64,000 bases of DNA, taken from positions 13,298-77,297 of the forward strand of contig JACQWO010000003.1 of NCBI GenBank assembly GCA_016209225.1, read 5' to 3'. Shown here in pieces: positions 59,650 through 64,000 of the stretch; positions within the stretch are counted from its first letter, which is position 1, and each line of letters begins with the position of its first letter. This DNA comes from Desulfobacterales bacterium. GTDB taxonomy: Bacteria > Desulfobacterota > UBA8473. The notes beneath the pieces are model-generated. The model saw only the letters and a list, made by a program, of their open reading frames with translations. It ran no database searches and was not told where the DNA came from. The translations under genes and the position numbers were made by a program.

Positions 59650-59673
59650 AACAGCGGGCTTAAGCCCGCTGTT
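59650..59673. promoter_or_regulatory. perfect 24 bp palindrome AACAGCGGGCTT|AAGCCCGCTGTT, with an extra direct half-site at 59638-59648
   Basis: It lies 57-80 nt upstream of the crotonase start and downstream of a TTGACA hexamer (reverse complement at 59763-59768). I read it as a candidate operator. Confidence 0.4.
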
Positions 59674-59788
59674 ATATGTTCAACATTGAACCAATGAAAC
59701 CAATCAAACAACTCTATTCACCTGTGTCTAAAAAGGAAATTCCTATACGATCTAATTACTATTGTCAAGGGGGTTTTAGAGAATTTTT

Positions 59789-60931
59789 TTAAACGCCCAG
59801 TTCTCTAGCTATGACAATCTGCTGAATCTCTGAAGTCCCTTCAGTAATGGTTAGAAGTCTTGCATCCCGCCAATGGCGCTGAACAGGATATTCCATTATA
59901 TATCCATATCCACCATGTATCTGCATGGCTTCACTGGTAACCCTTTGAGCCACCTCACTCGCGTAGAGTTTTACCATTGAGGCCTCTTTCATACAGTCTT
60001 TCCCCTGATCAAACAACCAGGATGCCCTATATGTCAACCACCTGGCAGCCTCAATCTCCATCGCCATCCTGGCCAGTTTGAATTTGGTTACCTGAAAATC
60101 CTTTATGGGTTTGCCAAATTGAACCCTTTCACCAGCATATCGAATGGATGCATCCAAGGCCGCCCTTGCTACCCCGATACACCTTCCACCATAGGAAATC
60201 CTTCCACTCTTGAGGGTGGCTATCAGGTAGGGGAACCCCTTCCCTTCCTCTCCCACCAACTTATCTTGTGGAACCCTGCAGTCTTCGAAGAGCAACTCTG
60301 CAGTGTCAGCCGAACGGTTCCCTACTTTCTTCAACTTTCTGGTAACAGAATAACCAGGGGTGCCTTTATCCACGATGAGTATGCTTACTCCGCCTTTGGA
60401 ACCCTTGCTTTTGTCAGTGTATGCAGCCACACAGATATAATCGGCAATACTTCCATTGGTGATGAATATCTTCCTGCCATTTATCACATAATGATCCCCA
60501 TCCTTTACTGCCGTTGTCTGTATTGACGCTGCATCAGAACCAGCATTGGGTTCTGTGAGGCCAAAGGCTGATATCCTCTCACCTTTAATGGCCGGGACAA
60601 GGTACTCCTGTTTCTGTTCCTCTGTCCCATGCTCAAGAATCATGGACGTACCAAGGCTAGATTGGACAAGAAGTCCGGAACCTATCCCAGAGCACACCCG
60701 CATAAGCTCTTCTATGTAGATATTTTCAGTGAGCTTATCTGTCCCTGCAGCGCCGTACTTTTCAGGATACCTGACACATAGGAAACCCAGCTTTCCAGCC
60801 TTGGGAATTATCTCCACAGGATAGACCTCTGTCTCTTCTGCCTCTTCAACCAGTGGTCCTATCTCATTTTCAGCGAAGTTTTTTATTGCCTCCCTAAATA
60901 TCCTTTGCTCCTCTGTAAACTCAAAATCCAT
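59789..60931 (-). CDS. acyl-CoA dehydrogenase
   Basis: 380 aa ORF (MDFEFTEEQ...EGTSEIQ). The ribosome-binding site is AAGGAGGGG. Confidence 0.9.
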   Translation of the reverse strand: MDFEFTEEQRIFREAIKNFAENEIGPLVEEAEETEVYPVEIIPKAGKLGFLCVRYPEKYGAAGTDKLTENIYIEELMRVCSGIGSGLLVQSSLGTSMILEHGTEEQKQEYLVPAIKGERISAFGLTEPNAGSDAASIQTTAVKDGDHYVINGRKIFITNGSIADYICVAAYTDKSKGSKGGVSILIVDKGTPGYSVTRKLKKVGNRSADTAELLFEDCRVPQDKLVGEEGKGFPYLIATLKSGRISYGGRCIGVARAALDASIRYAGERVQFGKPIKDFQVTKFKLARMAMEIEAARWLTYRASWLFDQGKDCMKEASMVKLYASEVAQRVTSEAMQIHGGYGYIMEYPVQRHWRDARLLTITEGTSEIQQIVIARELGV

Positions 60932-60951
60932 TTTGTCCCCTCCTTAAGTAG

Positions 60952-61008
60952 TTCAAGGTTCACGGTTCACGGTTCAGGATTTAACGGTGAACGGTAAACG
61001 GTGAACGG
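60952..61008. repeat. tandem heptamer array of about 8 units (TTCAAGG TTCACGG TTCACGG TTCAGG at TTAACGG TGAACGG TAAACGG TGAACGG)
   Basis: It lies in the 5' leader immediately upstream of the acd ribosome-binding site, between the thiolase stop and the acd start. Confidence 0.55.
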
Positions 61009-61019
61009 ATACATCCTCT

Positions 61020-62201
61020 CTAACCGAGATCATTGCCATATAACATTACACAGGATACAGAAGGATGTCCCCCAAGGGTATGAGCCAATCCAATTTCAGC
61101 ATTTTTAACCTGGCGCTTATCCCCTTTCCCCTGTAACTGTTTGTATATCTCATAGCTCATCCGGAGTCCACTTGCCCCAACAGGGTGACCAAAACACTTG
61201 AGCCCACCATCAGTATTGACAGGAAGCTCCCCATCAAGAGCAAAAGTTCCGGCATCGATATCCTCTTTTGCCTTCCCTTTGGGGCTAAACCCCAGATCTT
61301 CATAAATAATAAGCTCAGTAATAGTAAAACAATCATGAACTACAGCAAGGTCTATCTCCTTGCGAGGGTTTTTAATACCTGCCTGCTCGTATGCCTGTTT
61401 GGCTGCTATTTGAGTCACTTCAAAACCTGTCCAATCAAACCCTGGCTGGAAATGAGGCATCATGCTATTTTGAGAAAGTCCTATCCCTTTTATATAGATA
61501 GGATCATCCCTGAACTTCTTAGCCAGGTCAGCCCTGGTAATAATCGCCACAGCAGCGCCATCGCTGTTACCGCAGCAATCAAACAATCCAAGGGGCCAGG
61601 CAATAATAGGAGCTTTTACGGCTTGCTCCAGGGTAATCTCCCTCTGAAAATGGGCCTTTGGATGCATACTCCCGTTTTTGTGATTCTTGACTGCGATCTT
61701 GGCTATAGTTTCTTTGCCTTCCTCTGGACTAAGACCATAGGCATGAAAATACCTGGTAGCAATAAAGGCAAAACTACTGGGGGCTGTTCTCCGCATCTCC
61801 ATCACAGGATGCATCCCCCGCCCAACTCCCAACCCTGGAAAACCTGTATCCTTGAGTTTTTCAAAACCAACGGCGATGGCAATATCATACATGCCGCATG
61901 CCACAGCAAAAGAGGCATTCCTCAGTGCCTCATGCCCGGTGGCACACCAGTTCTCCACTCTGGTTATGGGTATCCCCTGAAGTTTGAGGGGGTCGGCCAA
62001 AGCAAGGCCTCCCATCCCTATCCAATGGGCACCGACTGTTCCAAGCCAGGCAGCCTGAATATCCTTAGGATCGATACCCGCATCCTCATATGCCTCATAA
62101 GCCGCCTCTATTATCATATCTTCAGGGCCTTTATTCCAGTTTTCACCAAACTTACAACACCCCATCCCGATTATGGCAATCTTATCCTTGATACTTTCCA
62201 T
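61020..62201 (-). CDS. thiolase (SCP-x / archaeal-type acetyl-CoA acetyltransferase, the partner of DUF35 proteins)
   Basis: IAIIGMGCCKFGE carries the active-site Cys. The C-terminal motifs GHPVGASG and the Cys and His residues are present. Confidence 0.85.
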   Translation of the reverse strand: MESIKDKIAIIGMGCCKFGENWNKGPEDMIIEAAYEAYEDAGIDPKDIQAAWLGTVGAHWIGMGGLALADPLKLQGIPITRVENWCATGHEALRNASFAVACGMYDIAIAVGFEKLKDTGFPGLGVGRGMHPVMEMRRTAPSSFAFIATRYFHAYGLSPEEGKETIAKIAVKNHKNGSMHPKAHFQREITLEQAVKAPIIAWPLGLFDCCGNSDGAAVAIITRADLAKKFRDDPIYIKGIGLSQNSMMPHFQPGFDWTGFEVTQIAAKQAYEQAGIKNPRKEIDLAVVHDCFTITELIIYEDLGFSPKGKAKEDIDAGTFALDGELPVNTDGGLKCFGHPVGASGLRMSYEIYKQLQGKGDKRQVKNAEIGLAHTLGGHPSVSCVMLYGNDLG

Positions 62202-62213
62202 TTTGTTCCCTCC

Positions 62214-63629
62214 TTATCTTGCCGGCCTGCACTTCCAGAAATAGTTATAAAAACCCCCTTCTCTGTGAAATCTTCTGAAAGTCATCTCCACTGGCAAACC
62301 TACCTTAACCTCTTTTGGATTACAGTCGGTCATCAGGCAATAGATTCTTGCCCCCCCTTCCTCTGATTCGACAATTGTCTGAACTGTTGGAGGATCTACA
62401 CCACCAGCAAGGTTATCCAAAGAATAGGTAAACACCTTCCCCTTCTTATCAGAAAGTCTCACCTCTTCAAACTCATCCCGAGAATGACACCCAAAACACA
62501 CCCTCTGAATTGGGAAAGAAACAAGCCCACAGTGTTTGCATTTGCTCCCGTGGCAGCGTAAGACCCACTTTTGGGTTCTCCACATTACCGATGCTGAGGG
62601 GAAAAGCTTTATAAACTCCTCTGGCAGGGATACAAGCTGCCGATAAGCAAGGTATTTTTCGTAACTAGACAACATCATCTTCAATCCCACACCCCTTTTG
62701 ACCCCTCGCTTGTTTTTTGCTTTTTCAATTGCATCCGTTACCTGTATAACAAAAGCATCGCTTCCATCTCCATAGCTAGCCAGGAGAATCCTATCACCGG
62801 GTTTTGCCTCTTCCAGGGCTGAAACGAGAAGAACCAAAGGCTGCGCACTCCCAACATTTCCAACGGTCGTAATTAAAGGATCCTGAAGCTGGGTCTTGGG
62901 ATCAAAACCCAGGCTCTTTGCCAAATCTATATGACTTCGGGCATCAGGGGTGTACATCACCACTTTGGTAAAATCCTTCGGCGTCAACCCACTTTTCTTC
63001 ATGATCCCAGAGATTGCCGCCTTCATATTCTTTGTGTAACCATTAATCAATACCCAACGATCTTCCCATGAACGGACAAAAGTATCCTGATCTGTTCTCC
63101 AAACATCGGTAATATCATCAGACACGGAGTAAACATCTTCTATAGTGGCTATAACATCTGAATCTCCCAGAAGAAGGGCTGCTGCACCATCTCCAAAGGT
63201 CTGCTCATCAACAGAACGAGGAGTCCCAAGCCTGCAGTCAGCGGCAGTTACCATGATACTCTTTGCTTCACCACTTTTGATGGTATTGAGCGCCGTTCTC
63301 ACCGCAGAAGTCCCTGCCCGAAGAGAGTTAGCAAAATCACTCGTCCAGATTTCCTTGTTTAAATCGGCAACGGTAGCCACTATGGACGAGCATGCCTTCT
63401 CCTTATACGGCGAAGTTGTTGAGGCAAAGAACAACCCTTCAACCTCTTGGCGATCTTCTCCATTTAAACAGTTTATAGCGGCCTCTACAGCCATAGTCAG
63501 GCTATCCTCATCATAATTGGCAACGCTCCTTTCGCCACCTATGGAACGGGTGCCCCATGCATTACCGATCATATCTCTATTCATTCTAGAGATGGGTATA
63601 TACGCCCCGTATGATTTGATTCCAACCAT
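62214..63629 (-). CDS. HMG-CoA synthase-like condensing enzyme fused to a C-terminal DUF35 (zinc-ribbon + OB-fold) domain
   Basis: The N-terminus MVGIKSYGAYIPISR resembles archaeal HMGCS. The C-terminal 125 aa carry CxxC...CxxC (CHGSKCKHCG...CFGCHS) and an OB fold. Confidence 0.75.
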   Translation of the reverse strand: MVGIKSYGAYIPISRMNRDMIGNAWGTRSIGGERSVANYDEDSLTMAVEAAINCLNGEDRQEVEGLFFASTTSPYKEKACSSIVATVADLNKEIWTSDFANSLRAGTSAVRTALNTIKSGEAKSIMVTAADCRLGTPRSVDEQTFGDGAAALLLGDSDVIATIEDVYSVSDDITDVWRTDQDTFVRSWEDRWVLINGYTKNMKAAISGIMKKSGLTPKDFTKVVMYTPDARSHIDLAKSLGFDPKTQLQDPLITTVGNVGSAQPLVLLVSALEEAKPGDRILLASYGDGSDAFVIQVTDAIEKAKNKRGVKRGVGLKMMLSSYEKYLAYRQLVSLPEEFIKLFPSASVMWRTQKWVLRCHGSKCKHCGLVSFPIQRVCFGCHSRDEFEEVRLSDKKGKVFTYSLDNLAGGVDPPTVQTIVESEEGGARIYCLMTDCNPKEVKVGLPVEMTFRRFHREGGFYNYFWKCRPAR

Positions 63630-63735
63630 AATTACCTCCTTAACCTAAAAAACATAAATAAAAAGCTTTCGTATCTCTTAAAATTAAAAAAAATAAAGAG
63701 AACCCTTTATAAACGGCAAGATTAAAGAAAAAATC

Positions 63736-63753
63736 TGAATGAACATTCATTCA
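63736..63753. promoter_or_regulatory. palindrome TGAATGAA-CA-TTCATTCA overlapping a minus-strand candidate promoter (-10 at 63755-63760, -35 at 63778-63783)
   Basis: Perfect 8 bp arms. It sits immediately downstream of TAATTT/TTGACA hexamers on the minus strand, about 110 nt upstream of the HMGCS-DUF35 start. Confidence 0.35.
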
Positions 63754-63905
63754 AAAATTACCACACACATCGAAGGTTGTCAAGATTTTTATCGTCTCTT
63801 ACCCTCTTAATAGATACGATATATTGGCCTTTCAATGTACGCTTTTTTACAACTGGGGCAACGACTAGGAGGGGTGAATCCATCACCGATGAGTGGTCAT
63901 ACACC

Positions 63906-64000
63906 TCACGATCCACCATAGCCTATCTTTACTCTTTCACCTTCCACTATAACCGGCACTTCCCGCACTCCATTGGAAACCTTGAGCATTTCCTTAAGTT
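63906..64000 (-). CDS. partial 3' end of a glutaredoxin-like gene, truncated by the window edge
   Basis: The C-terminus ...GVREVPVIVEGERVKIGYGGS* resembles the glutaredoxin VP.I..G..IGG region. Confidence 0.35.
   Translation of the reverse strand, partial: LKEMLKVSNGVREVPVIVEGERVKIGYGGS

Noticed and set aside
1-64000. A CRISPR array, rRNA genes, or complete prophage or integron structures
   Set aside because: I found no regularly spaced direct repeats with unique spacers and no rRNA-like segments. The only recombinase-type gene is the small IS200-type tnpA, plus transposase remnants.

Overview
This 64 kb window looks like chromosomal DNA from an anaerobic bacterium, plausibly a fatty-acid or propionate oxidiser; that is my inference from gene content. 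Three metabolic blocks carry that inference:

- Positions 371-3301 encode an acyl-CoA dehydrogenase (acd) plus etfB and etfA.
- Positions 24095-31441 encode heterodisulfide reductase with a flavin oxidoreductase module (hdrC-hdrB-hdrA then flxD/mvhD-flxC-flxB-flxA).
- On the minus strand, positions 54849-63629 encode beta-oxidation and methylmalonyl-CoA genes: an HMG-CoA synthase-DUF35 fusion, thiolase, acd, crotonase, a biotin carrier, a split methylmalonyl-CoA mutase, meaB and the epimerase.

Housekeeping genes fill the rest. On the minus strand: apgM, folE2, queD, trpA/B/F, a rhomboid protease, cysS, a fadD-like CoA ligase, argC, rpsI, rplM and a tRNA-Met. On the plus strand: carD, a PIN/TRAM protein, ispD, ispF, uppP, ftsK, lolA, rimO, a dksA-like gene, rfaE, yicC, a DUF370 gene, gmk and pyrF. 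I found no CRISPR array and no rRNA.

The less ordinary content, all read from the sequence rather than from a database:

- **HdrA selenoprotein.** hdrA is one gene containing an in-frame TGA at 26338-26340 that I read as selenocysteine; the ORF track splits it in two.
- **A new small mobile repeat.** A roughly 153 bp element with 19-20 bp terminal inverted repeats and 6 bp target-site duplications occurs as four full copies and one partial copy, all intergenic. One copy sits inside the hdr operon and two bracket folE2.
- **Other short repeat families.** Tandem TTCACGG-like heptamer arrays recur in five 5' leader regions. AGCCT pentamer arrays are duplicated upstream of hdrC and the flxB-like gene. 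A TGAATGAA-NN-TTCATT palindrome sits near two operon fronts. A palindromic repeat gives trpF a C-terminal extension.
- **AT-rich accessory islands.** One spans 3475-8672 with an AAA-nuclease ATPase, a BrnT/BrnA toxin-antitoxin pair, a transposase remnant and a Bacteroidetes-type Pif1 helicase. Another spans 38354-40917 with a VapBC-like pair, an orphan membrane protein and a nucleotidyltransferase cassette flanked by direct repeats.
- **Decaying genes.** I see catalase and crotonase remnants, a truncated DDE transposase next to the tRNA, and an FHA-HD-GYP gene interrupted by an in-frame TGA.

I recognise no complete known defence system here. The repeat families and the recoded hdr locus are the most likely novel content. 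Every coordinate was read by eye and may be off by a base or two.
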